DNA of 63,447 nt, counting the filler, from Lenisia limosa (Eukaryota; Protista; Breviatea): assembly GCA_001655205.1 (NCBI GenBank). It is 17 parts of 17 records of this genome, joined end to end, with 100 filler letters (N's around TTAATTAATTAA, not from the genome) between each part and the next. Parts side by side here need not be neighbours in the genome. Positions count along the whole stretch, not along the records: positions 1 to 2,461 come from LPNZ01001020.1; positions 2,562 to 4,434 come from LPNZ01000880.1; positions 4,535 to 6,739 come from LPNZ01001170.1; positions 6,840 to 10,219 come from LPNZ01003838.1; positions 10,320 to 15,250 come from LPNZ01006384.1; 12 more parts are not named here. One strand, written 5' to 3'. The number at the start of each line of letters is the position of its first letter. Position 1 is the first letter of the stretch. This document shows positions 1-11,091 of the stretch, in pieces. The notes beneath the pieces were generated by a model. That model saw only the letters and a list, made by a program, of their open reading frames with translations, searched no databases and had not been told where the DNA came from. The translations under genes and the position numbers were made by a program.

Positions 1-23
1 AAAAAAAAAAAAAAAAAAAAAAC

Positions 24-200
24 CTACTCTGGCAAAATCTACTCTGTTGGCAAAATCTATTCTGTTGGCAAAATCTGTTGGCAAAATCTACTCTGTTGGC
101 AAAATCTACTCTGTTGGCAAAATCTACTCTGTTGGCAAAATCTACTCGCCAAAATCTACTCTGTAAGCAAAATCTATTCTCTGTTGGCAAAATCTACTCT
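24..200 (+). repeat. 18-bp minisatellite (CAAAATCTACTCTGTTGG)n after a poly-A run
   Basis: About 9 degenerate copies are directly visible; they explain the spurious LAKSTL-repeat ORF 78..272. Confidence 0.9.
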
Positions 201-234
201 GTTTGGCGCAGTTTGTACCCCTCCTCTACCCTCC

Positions 235-1890
235 AAGAGATTACACCCCCCTCCAACTTGATGAGTTTATAGAGGCGCATGGGCTTGGTCTTGGACTCAG
301 GAGACTGAATACTCTCACAAAGGCCAATGTTCAGGTCAGTGGCTCCGACCTGGCGCGAAGTTAATTGTAGGGCTCCGTGCAAATAATTGTTTGAAGAAAT
401 TAATTAACAAAATTAGAAAGTAAAATGTCAGAAATATGTCGCACTTCAAATTGCAAGTAATTTTTTCAATTAACAATACGATGACAAATTATGAAGGAAG
501 ATAACAAGGGTTCATCCCGAGTGTATCAGAGAACCATTGACACTTATCGGTCAATTATCATACGAGTGGATATAAGGTATCTATCACTGCGTGGAAAATG
601 ATAGTTAAATGTGTGAAACTGACCCAAAAAGTGCTATTATGTTGGTAAGACTTAGCATATAATACTACAAGACAAATATAGACACATCTTTTTAGCAGCA
701 ATATATCCCATAACACATTTATGGAGAAATAAGTAATTGTCAAAAAGTTACAACAGCCAACCTTTGCTTCTGCCCCGAGGGAAATAGCCCGCGTGATTTC
801 GTCAAAAGAGGTCTTCGGAGGGCCACTGCTAATTATACCGTTGTTAACCATGTTGGCGACTTGTCCCCACAAGCGGCTTCCTAATATAGTAAGTAAAGCT
901 TCCTAATATGGTAAATAAGGCTTCCTAGTATGGTAAGTAGGATCCTTATTGAGCGATTCATTATTGAGACTCCCAAATGATGAAGGAAATATTGGATATT
1001 TCGGGAACTGCTTAGCCTATTGGAGCATTCTTACATTCAGTTTGCATTCTCGAATATCCCACAAAAAGAGTTGACAAATATACGTTTGAACCATAATCTC
1101 TTCATCCTACCGAGACTACTGGACATCATTGTGATGTGGGTGGGGGTGACGGTGCCGCTTGAGGGCATACTAAGCATTCCTGCTTTCGCCTAGGCAATGA
1201 GAAGAGCTCTATATCCACTTGTCCCTGAAGTAATCTCTTCCCGCCCAACAAGGCTCTAATATTTCCTGATTCCTGTTTCATTGTTTCCTTTTTAATAAAG
1301 GTCCCAATGAAACTTTGACGCTAAAGAAATGCTTAAATTCTCATATCACCATCACCACCCAAACCTTAGCCACATCACTCGACAAAATAGAGGGTGATTG
1401 GTGGAGCGGAGACCCCTCAATGTGGAAGCCTGACTGGGTGCCTGCCTGTGTGCGTTACGGAAAGGAATTCACTTCGTCCAATAAAGGAATCCAGCAATTA
1501 GTCTTGGTATTTATCCGATCCTTTTGAGACTGATGTGAAGCTTTAGTTACTGAGAACACAAATGGTACTAAAGGGGAGGGAATGTGTGTAAGATGGATAT
1601 GATGAAATGAATCAAACAGTTCATCAGCAATATATTACTCCACTATTATAACCTTTAGAAACTGCAATCAATACGTAGGAAGACACCGTCCATCCAAATT
1701 TCCTATTACCTGTGGGGTAGTTGGCCTGGCTAGAAAGGAGCTGACATTGCCAAAGGATGGCGACGGCCGAGTAAGTGATGATCCAAGCAGGCTCTGGGGA
1801 TGGAGTGAAAAGCGTGAATTGCCTTATTTGGGAATACCTGGATCAAAGGATCCAAAAGACGATACTCTTTTTACTTCATTCTCCATCCGA
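235..1890 (-). CDS. Putative multi-exon gene fragment, Ser/Pro-rich, unknown function
   Basis: AG/GT-bounded minus-strand segments: SLLGSSLTRPSPSFGNVSSFLARPTTPQ (~1715-1800), GSRLWGQVANMVNNGIISSGPPKTSFDEITRAISLGAEAK (~765-882), VGATDLNIGLCESIQSPESKTKPMRLYKLIKLEG (~245-347). No family recognised, and some plus-strand frames are also open. Confidence 0.35.
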
Positions 1891-2461
1891 ATACCCCCCC
1901 CCCTAATTACCGTGACACTATCGGATCTTTTGACGTCAGATCTGTATTGTTAAAGTAGGTCAAAACCATTCAGTCATCTTAAATGAAACACAAATATGTT
2001 TTTTGTTCACAGCTAGAATAAGATTACAACCATGTGATCAATTTTAAATCGGTCAAGACTTATCATGTTCACTGTATATCGATATTGTATTTATTAGGGG
2101 GGTCTTCATATGTACGCTTATTTGGGGTAGGTAAGGTTAGGTAGAGGCAAATTCCAATGTATATATAATATAATGTATATCAGGAGGGTAGGTTCCAGGA
2201 ACAATGTGTGCGCTACATCCTCTTTCAGAAGAATTGGTTGGAGCAAATTCTGTTGGAGACCTTGATTGTGGATAAAGCAATTCTCGAAGTTAACCAAACT
2301 GACTGACGTGGCTTTTTTAATTTGGCACTTTGTTAAGGTGAATTGAAATTTATTGAAAATTGGATTTTTCAAAAAAAAACGTAGTAGTATATCATATGAT
2401 ATACTATATGAATACATAAAACGTACATATTAGGGGATGGGGGGTCAGAGCTCTTTGTATA

Positions 2462-2561
2462 NNNNNNNNNNNNNNNNNNNNNNNNNNNNNNNNNNNNNNN
2501 NNNNNTTAATTAATTAANNNNNNNNNNNNNNNNNNNNNNNNNNNNNNNNNNNNNNNNNNNN
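2462..2561. other. Artificial contig-joining spacer (first of 16)
   Basis: N44-TTAATTAATTAA-N44, with stops in all six frames. The 12-mer recurs at about 2506, 4479, 6784, 10264, 15295, 18470, 20516, 23026, 34576, 39548, 46862, 53361, 56481, 57769, 59291 and 62095. Confidence 0.97.
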
Positions 2562-2899
2562 GGGGGGGGGGGGAGAGAGAAGAGAGGGAGAGGAAGGATT
2601 ATTATACAGTGGCCAGTATAAGTTTTGACCGATTTGCAATAAATATACAGTGGCCAGGATAAGTTGTGATCGATTTGCAATATGATTTCCCAAGGTGAAT
2701 AGGCCATTACTTATCCCAGTCAACAACATATGACACCAACAAAGGCTTCACTCAGGTCCGAAAAAGACCGGTAAAATACAAATATATTATATCAATGAAA
2801 TACATTTTTAAGGACAAGAATGAAAGTGTATCAATTAATGATAATTATATCATATACATTGATAAATTCAATCATTTTCTAAGACAGAGTGAAATAACG

Positions 2900-3690
2900 G
2901 TTAAAGCCTCAACCAACCTAGGGGGTGCGTTGGTGTAGTTGGTGTTACGTGAGTTTTCGACGCTAATATCAAGCTGGTACGGTCTGGTCGAATCTCTCTG
3001 GTCCTTGTTGTCTTTCTTCTTTTCCGTTGCCTTTTGCTTTTCCGTCTCTTTCTCTTTTTCGTTTTTCTTCTCCTTTTCTTTCTCTTTTTCGTTCTTCTTT
3101 TCCCTTTCTTTCTCCTTTTCCTTTTCAAGCTTTGCTTCTGAAATTGTTAATTCATTCAATAACCTCCAAACATCATATGATATGTATGTTCAGTATATGT
3201 ACATATCCATGTATGTGTCTAACAATTTTATACGGTATGCAGAGATGGGTAATATCTGTATCTGCCCGAAGCCGTTCAAATCATCACGCGTTTCGCATTT
3301 AGGAGATGTTGGATTGTATAATATTTTGGTATGACTGTATCTTGGTTCTATCAATACAGCGAACAGCAATGATCAACATTTACTTAATGTATTTATCATA
3401 AATTGAAGATTCGATGCTAAATATGTTTAACTCAAATATGCCTCAAGAAATGATGCGGCTTACAATCCCTCAAAATACTTCAGCAAACATCAATAATTCA
3501 AATCATATTTAAGTATTGATTGTATCATAACAAACGTAAGCTTGGTGATATTTTGAAGTCAGGGAGGCTGAAGGGGTCCTTCCCTTGGTTAACAGCATTG
3601 ACGGTCATTTCGGTTTTGGAGGCGGAGTTATGAGTAACTGGATTCGTAACAATACGCTCACCAGAAGTGTAATGAATTTCTAAACATGGC
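2900..3690 (-). CDS. Putative gene fragment with Lys/Glu-rich low-complexity exon
   Basis: ORF 2872..3159 (EKEKEKEREKKNEKEKE...) follows a TTTCAG acceptor; upstream candidate exon EIHYTSGERIVTNPVTHNSASKTEM at ~3540-3685. Confidence 0.45.
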
Positions 3691-5784
3691 AACAATCTTA
3701 CGATTTTGGAGAGAGTATAATGGTAGCGGTAATTATATCGCAAATACCCCCCCCCCNNNNNNNNNNNNNNNNNNNNNNNNNNNNNNNNNNNNNNNNNNNN
3801 NNNNNNNNNNNNNNNNNNNNNNNNNNNNNNAGGGAGAGGGCGTGATCTGAGAAGATGAGAGAAAGTAGAATCTGACACTAGAACGAAGAATTAAATATGC
3901 TGCTGCTTTTTTAAGAGAGTTAAGGGAATGTACATACGTGTATATTATATCATTGCTTTCAAACAATTCATATTTAAAAGTCGCATATCCATGTCAAAAT
4001 GATTGAATTTCTCAATAAATCCTCGAAAACTATCGACATTTTACCAGTCTTTTTCAAAACCGAAGTGAAGCCCAATATTATACAATATGTATAAGATTAT
4101 AGTAATACAGCTATAAACACAACAGCATCCAACTGTGGTAATATTGCCCAAGGCGCTCGAGGAGGGAGATCACAATGACACATTTAGGTAAGGTTGACAA
4201 GCCTCTAAGATTGGTCAATAAGGTAATAAAGAAAAGAAAAATGAGTCAATAAGGTAAAAGAAGAAGAGAAAATGGGTCAAGACAACAAAGAAACAGATGG
4301 GTCAACACATTGTCGTAAGGTTCCAACTAGGACCTCCATATGTGCTTTAAATTATATTTTCACCCCCCCCCCCACATGGTCATTACTTGTAGTCCAAGAC
4401 CCCCTCCACCCCTCAACCTATTTTCGCCCATTATNNNNNNNNNNNNNNNNNNNNNNNNNNNNNNNNNNNNNNNNNNNNTTAATTAATTAANNNNNNNNNN
4501 NNNNNNNNNNNNNNNNNNNNNNNNNNNNNNNNNNGTATGTACACAAGAGAAATAATACACATTATACATCTTGGGAAACAAATACTTACAGAGGGAAGCC
4601 ATTAGCAAATTACCATACTTCCGCGCCCTATCAAATTCATTAGTCGATTTCGGATTTTTGAAATGGAATTCCGAGTTCTAAATCGACCGCTTTTCGGGGC
4701 CTCCCGCCCCGAAACACACCATAAACATACTATATTCTATACCCTCTCCCACACAAACGCNNNNNNNNNNNNNNNNNNNNNNNNNNNNNNNNNNNNNNNN
4801 NNNNNNNNNNNNNNNNNNNNNNNNNNNNNNNNNNNNNNNNNNNNNNNNNNNNNNNNNNNNNNNNNNNNNNNNNNNNNNNNNNNNNNNNNNNNNNNNNNNN
4901 NNNNNNNNNNNNNNNNNNNNNNNNNNNNNNNNNNNNNNNNNNNNNNNNNNNNNNNNNNNNNNNNNNNNNNNNNNNNNNNNNNNNNNNNNNNNNNNNNNNN
5001 NNNNNNNNNNNNNNNNNNNNNNNTCTATTGTCTTTATTATTGATTGTTTTGTTTTTTTGGACAGATGGATTGGTATTCTGAAAAGGGTCCAATCCCACCC
5101 CCTACCCCCAGCAACCAACAGCGTTGATTTGGGGCTTATACTGCTCTGGAATTGAAATTTTCACCTACATGCTCTGAGAAGTATGATTGTGATTTACTTG
5201 AAGACTGTCCTCAAACGCTTGCTAGGACTGGTTCGATCGCACTTCTGCGTTCAAAGTCGAACAATTAGGTATTCTTTCGCCTTGAATTAAGCGATCTAAG
5301 CTGAATTCTAGAGAATTGTTATATTGACTGATATGATCCTGAAGATTTGCAACGGCACAGAAAAGGCTGAAGTGTGCAACAAACAATTCCGACACCATGG
5401 TGTGAACAACATCAGTCGCACACCTGGACCAGTACCTGGTACAACCAAATTCGACAACATAGCAAACAGAGGAACACCGTTGAGCTTATCAAAAAGGCGG
5501 GCTCCTTTGAGACCAAATTCGGCAATGTCTGTGTCAGAGTACTTCATCTACCAAATTCGACAACATAGCAATTCTATTTTGAAGAACTTAATAGACAAAG
5601 AAATTTTGATCAACAGAGACGCGGTCGGGGGGCGGAGGGGTTCGTCATTCTCATCTGAAGCTAAGTCTGGGTATAGTGAAAAGCAATTCTCTAAAAGAGT
5701 GACCAAGTGACAAGGCCCAAAAAAAAAGACAAATGATTTGCAAACTTGATATGGGGCGAAGGGTGTTGTCGTCATCATCTGAAG

Positions 5785-6140
5785 CTAACTCCTGAACGAC
5801 CACTTCTCTGATCCTCCGTACATCACCGTTAGCGACCGAATTACAGCTTCACAGCGTCTCGGCATAGATTCAATGAGAGTCGTGATTTCACCTTTTGTAA
5901 TAGAATTCCAAGCAGATTTCAGATTTTCAAACAAAACATCTTCACAAGATTTCTTATCCAAAAGATACCAAGTGTGTTCTATTGGATTTAGATCAGGGGA
6001 TTGAGCTGACCAGTCCATGTTTTCAAAAAGTTGCTTGTCTAAATATGCTTGGACAATCTGTGATAGGAAACGGATACTTTTTTTTTGTCACTCAAACCTT
6101 GGCAGTGTGTTTTGGGTCATTATCTTGCTGTAAACTATGG
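5785..6140 (-). pseudogene. Tc1/mariner DDE transposase C-terminal remnant
   Basis: LQQDNDPKHTAKV* (~6095-6135), then a stop/frameshift, then MDWSAQSPDLNPIEHTW...LKSAWNSI...LIESMPRRCEAVI. These match the Tc1 motifs QQDNDPKH, WPxQSPDLNPIE and SMPRR. Confidence 0.9.
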
Positions 6141-6444
6141 AAAATATCATCTGCAAATGCAATTGATTCCACGAATCCAGCAACCTCTTCTCTTTATTTT
6201 CTTCCATAGGATTCCCTGAGCAATTCCCTCAGCCACTACTTCTCCATCGCCATTATCAGAGCAAAATCCTTAGATGATATCAAAAAAACAATATCATTTT
6301 GGTATAAGCAAGGTTAACTGGAGAAGGAGATTTAAAAAAGCAAAATCCTTTGATTAATACGGATAATATATTGTCAAGATAATCAAAAGCGAGTTATACT
6401 GCTTCCGATAAAGCGCGGCGAAACAGCTTACTTAAAGGTTTCCA

Positions 6445-6625
6445 CAAGAAGGTGTTCAGTTATCGAATGACCATGAGCCCGGTATCGGATTCGTTGCCAA
6501 AACATATCCTATTATTGTGATATTTTCCCACATGTAGCTCAAACCAGGATCTGAAGTTACAGCTTGCAGCACTGTATTCAATGACACTCCTGTTTCTATC
6601 AATAACCTGGCATATTATTGCAAGT
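6445..6625 (-). CDS. Possible terminal exon of an unknown gene
   Basis: After a TGCCAG acceptor the frame reads LLIETGVSLNTVLQAVTSDPGLSYMWENITIIGYVLATNPIPGSWSFDN*. No family recognised. Confidence 0.25.
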
Positions 6626-7354
6626 GAATGTGGCCGAATAGGGCCGGTGTTGTCTGAATATCCCTCCGACTGTGGCCCCGCTTTACCCCCTCAATTGTCT
6701 GTTTACTTTGTTGTTTGTTTCGAGTTTCAGACTATTCGGNNNNNNNNNNNNNNNNNNNNNNNNNNNNNNNNNNNNNNNNNNNNTTAATTAATTAANNNNN
6801 NNNNNNNNNNNNNNNNNNNNNNNNNNNNNNNNNNNNNNNTACATGTAGTATATACATAAACTATCTAAAGTACAGTAACACATCCCCCCATCCAATTCAA
6901 CCCCCCTTTATATATCATACATATTAATTAAAGCGGGTCTCCAAACCAGATTCATTACGTCATCTTAACCGAGCCCCACATCCATGAATTTTGGTCAAAA
7001 TTCGTCAAAAACTTACCCCAAATCCATGGAAAATCCTTATATTACTCTAATTCTGGTTTACCTATTAGATATAATCGAATCGGGGGGATGAGGNNNNNNN
7101 NNNNNNNNNNNNNNNNNNNNNNNNNNNNNNNNNNNNNNNNNNNNNNNNNNNNNNNNNNNNNNNNNNNNNNNNNNNNNNNNNNNNNNNNNNNNNNNNNNNN
7201 NNNNNNNNNNNNNNNNNNNNNNNNNNNNNNNNNNNNNNNNNNNNNNNNNNNNNNNNNNNNNNNNNNNNNNNNNNNNNNNNNNGCAGTACCGCATCCCACC
7301 GTTTAAGATCTGATAACCTAAAACCCCGTCCAATCTAATGCAATACCCCCAGAC

Positions 7355-10167
7355 CATGCCATAGAATGGGCACACCTCCGTGGTGGCCTCGCGACAAGAA
7401 ATCAAAATTCCGTTGTCGGCATAATATCCCTGAAATGGTGATTAAAATCCTCTAGTTTCAATAGAGACTTCACTGCAAAAAAGATATAGTATCCCTTGAA
7501 ATATGAAAGAAATATCCTTGAAAGATGAGAGAAATATCCCTGGAAATGTGACGATGAGGCGTTTTTGTTTCATAACATTTTCAATTTTACCCCCCCCCCC
7601 CCNNNNNNNNNNNNNNNNNNNNNNNNNNNNNNNNNNNNNNNNNNNNNNNNNNNNNNNNNNNNNNNNNNNNNNNNNNNNNNNNNNNNNNNNNNNNNNNNNN
7701 NNNNNNNNNNNNNNNNNNNNNNNNNNNNNNNNNNNNNNNNNNNNNNNNNNNNNNNNNNNNNNNNNNNNNNNNNNNNNNNNNNNNNNNNNNNNNNNNNNGT
7801 AAAATTCAGAAAAAATGTATTTATAAGATTAATTCTGATAAATATCTTTCTCAGAGTTTTGCGATTCAGATTATACTAGCAGATGAACAATTCAATTAAC
7901 GCCATATTCCCATGGACATATGCAGGAATTCAAAAGAAAAGGGGTGAAAGTAGATCTACGATTCATTTAGTTGAGAAATGGTACATTAGATATAATACAC
8001 ATAATATAATACATAATATGTATATATTAATGTTACATCCCACAACGTGTGCATGGATCCTGGAGACGTATGATAATTGAGGCTTCACTTCGGATCGAAA
8101 AATACCGGTAAAATATCGATAGTTTTCGAGGATTTATCGAAAAATTCAGTATATTTTCGAACCGAAGTGAAGCCGTAGTTACAAACTTATATAAAATGCC
8201 CCACCACCTCTGCACTTCGGCTAACGTTGCCATTAGTGGTTGATGTTCCCGGGCACTAGAAGGTTAAGCACAGAATCCTCCCAATGGAATGCAAATATGC
8301 AAACGTATAGCCATTCCAAATGCACCCCCCAACTGGGAAGCACTCCATCCTGCCCTGGAACGGCTGGAAAGTATCCACGGGACAAGGTTCGCATTTATCG
8401 GACTGCGAATAGCTACCAGGGAGACACTGCGTGGTAAAACGAAGGAAATTTCGATGAAGAATATTGGCGTAAAGGTACAAATCATGAACCGAATAATCTG
8501 AAACTCCAAACAAACAAAAAACAAAAAACAAACAATAACAAACACGTGCAACCAACGCTAAAACTAGAAAAAAGCCAGATGACAAAAACACAAAAACAAA
8601 AACAAGCCCGAGCCAGCCTTGGAAGATAAAACGAAGAAAATGGAGGGGGGGGGGGGNNNNNNNNNNNNNNNNNNNNNNNNNNNNNNNNNNNNNNNNNNNN
8701 NNNNNNNNNNNNNNNNNNNNNNNNNNNNNNNNNNNNNNNNNNNNNNAAAAAACAAACAAAAAACAAAGCCCCGGGGGGTACGAAGGAAATTTTGATGAAA
8801 AATATAAGGTACTAATCATGCACCGAATCTCTTTCCCCGAAATAGCACGCATCATCTGATTTGCACATACGCAATATGGTATACTTAGGCTTCACTTCGG
8901 TTCGAAAAAGATCGGCCGTCTTTTTTCGAAGCGAAGTGAAGCCCTAGGCATAATATAGTATTCTACTTTCGACAATACATCCTTTCAAACATCGTGACGA
9001 TATTTCCTTGGGAAATCACAGAGTAAATCGGTCAGGACTTATCCCGGCCCCTGAATATCACATAGCAAATCGGACTTATCCGGTCACTGTATCTGCATAT
9101 CATGTGTAATACCTGCCCCCAAACCAGAGCACATGCGCCACTGTCTACACCGTAGCCTTCCGGACATCTACTGCAGCACGGTCAGAAAAGATGGACAAGA
9201 GGGGAGAAAAGATGGGCAAGAGGAGAGGTGAAAGATGAGTGACATAGGGCTTCATACGGTTTGAAAAAAAAACTGAATTTCTCAATAAATCCTCGAAAAC
9301 TAACGATAAATTACCGGTTTTTTTCGAACCGAAGTGAAGCTCTAAAGGAGAGAAAAGGGCCACAAGGGGAGAAAAGAAGAGAAAAGAAGGGTGAAAATCT
9401 CTCATCAATTACAGGAGCAGAATGTGGATAATATATTCGAAAATATACCCGACCACTTTTAACCCTGTATTTGAAAAACACTCATCCATTCCCAACCCCC
9501 TCCATACCAGTTACTAATTACTGCGTCATTACCAGGGAAAATGACACGACCGTTCGGGCACTCAACACATGCGCCATCAACAGCAACGCTAATGGGATTA
9601 AGAAGGACGTAAGATGGAGAATGTGATGCTATTTGTACCAACTGCTTCACTTCGGTTCAAAAAAAGACTGAATTTTTCAATAAATTCTCGATTGATATTT
9701 TATCAGTCTTTTTGTAACTGAAGTGAAACCCTAATAGTTCCCTAAGAGTTCAGCAGATATATTGAGTGTTTATCAAGGATTTATTAATTGTATTGTTATT
9801 GGTACCTAGGGCTTCACTTCGGTTCGGGGATTTATCGAGAAATTGAGTCTTTTTTCGAAGCGAAGTGAAGCCCTATTTGTACGCTTAACAAGATGATATA
9901 TCAAGTGTTTATCAAGGTTTTATAAATGCACTCCCGATCCAACCGATCAGATCCAAACGATCAGATCCAACCGATCCAACCAACTGACGTACCTCCGCCC
10001 CCCCCCCCTCCATACAAAGGATAACAGTTGAAGCAAGTCCCGTTCTGCCCCATAGCTATGTTGCGAGCGTAGCCAGGAGGACATTTAACACAGGCGTTCC
10101 CCTGCATTTCGAAACCGTCGTTGCAAACACAGCTGTCTAGCCCACTGAAGAACGCGGGGTTTTGTTG
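7355..10167 (-). CDS. Cys-rich extracellular protein with GCC2/GCC3 (ephrin-receptor-like) repeats, partial
   Basis: Exons SCVCNDGFEMQGNACVKCPPGYARN...CFNCYP (~10020-10167), VDGACVECPNG (~9520-9600), CSRCPEGYGVDSGAC (~9130-9175), CLPGSYSQSDKCEPCPVDTFQPFQGRMEC (~8330-8426), GYYADNGILISC (~7355-7430), with the typical CxxCPxGxY spacing. Confidence 0.8.
8080..8175. mobile_element. MITE family A copy
   Basis: Inverted termini GGCTTCACTTCGG...CCGAAGTGAAGCC with core ATATCGATAGTTTTCGAGGATTTATCGA. Confidence 0.85.
8427..8640 (-). repeat. Dispersed intronic repeat D ending at a 3' splice site
   Basis: On the minus strand ...GGAGTTTCAGATTATTCGGTTCATGATTTGTACCTTTACGCCAATATTCTTCATCGAAATTTCCTTCGTTTTACCACGCAG|TGT (exon CLPGSY). 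Homologues at ~8770-8830, 11560-11680, 38560-38720 and 63205-63270. Confidence 0.8.
9247..9342. mobile_element. MITE family A copy (more at 8888-8944, 9644-9731, 9809-9873)
   Basis: TA-GGGCTTCA...GTGAAGCTC-TA; opposite orientation to the 8080 copy. Confidence 0.85.
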
Positions 10168-10411
10168 CTAGCGGGGGGGGGGAGTAAAATTGGCAAATTT
10201 ATGAAACAACAAAGCCCAANNNNNNNNNNNNNNNNNNNNNNNNNNNNNNNNNNNNNNNNNNNNTTAATTAATTAANNNNNNNNNNNNNNNNNNNNNNNNN
10301 NNNNNNNNNNNNNNNNNNNCGCGGCACCCGAAAATTCCGTTCTTAGGACTCTGTTGGAACGTTTTGTTGCCCTCACACTCAAAACACTCAATTACCTCCA
10401 GGTAGGGACTT

Positions 10412-10505
10412 GGGCTTCGCTTCGGTTTGAAAAAGACCAGGAAAAATCGATAGTTTAAGAGGATTTATCGGGAATTCAGTCTTTATTTGAACCGAAATGA
10501 AGCCC
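10412..10505. mobile_element. MITE family A copy
   Basis: GGGCTTCGCTTCGGTTTGAAAAAG...GAACCGAAATGAAGCCC-TA. Confidence 0.85.
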
Positions 10506-11091
10506 TAGTAAAAACTGTTCCACTCTCCACTTTTTTTTTTTTNNNNNNNNNNNNNNNNNNNNNNNNNNNNNNNNNNNNNNNNNNNNNNNNNNNNNNNNNN
10601 NNNNNNNNNNNNNNNNNNNNNNNNNNNNNNNNNNNNNNNATATTGATATTGTAAATATTCCACATTCCAGTATGTCCTCATCTTTTAGATTGTTGACCCC
10701 TACGCGTTTTCTTCAGCCAACATGACCAACAACTCTGTAGGTTTCATTGGGACTCTGTGCAGTTGATTGAAAAATTTTTTGACAATAAATGGGAGCATAT
10801 CTTCAATTTGGCCATGTTAATTTCAATTTTGTCGCCAGTTACAATGAAGTGGCAAACTAACTAGGTAGAATCCTTGAAAGGATTTATGAATTCATTTTGA
10901 TTAGAATAACTGTCCAAGTCGTACCAGAGTGTTTCTTTTTTTTGCGAATATAAGACATTTTATTGTAAAGTAGCAAACTTTAACTTGGCATCATGTTCAG
11001 ATATTGACTCAGAAGGACCATACAAAATACTGCTCTACATTACCCAATAGACTATCTAAAAAAACAACATAATCCCGCATTTACTCGACAG

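Noticed and set aside
78-272. ORF MAKSTLLAKSTLL...
   Set aside because: Translation of the 18-bp minisatellite.
2939-3334. Phe/Ser-rich 'membrane' ORF on the plus strand
   Set aside because: Antisense shadow of the Lys/Glu-rich exon.
8080-10505. Clustered palindromic repeats as a CRISPR array
   Set aside because: Spacing is irregular, units are ~95-bp TIR elements in both orientations, the context is spliced eukaryotic genes, and no cas genes are present.
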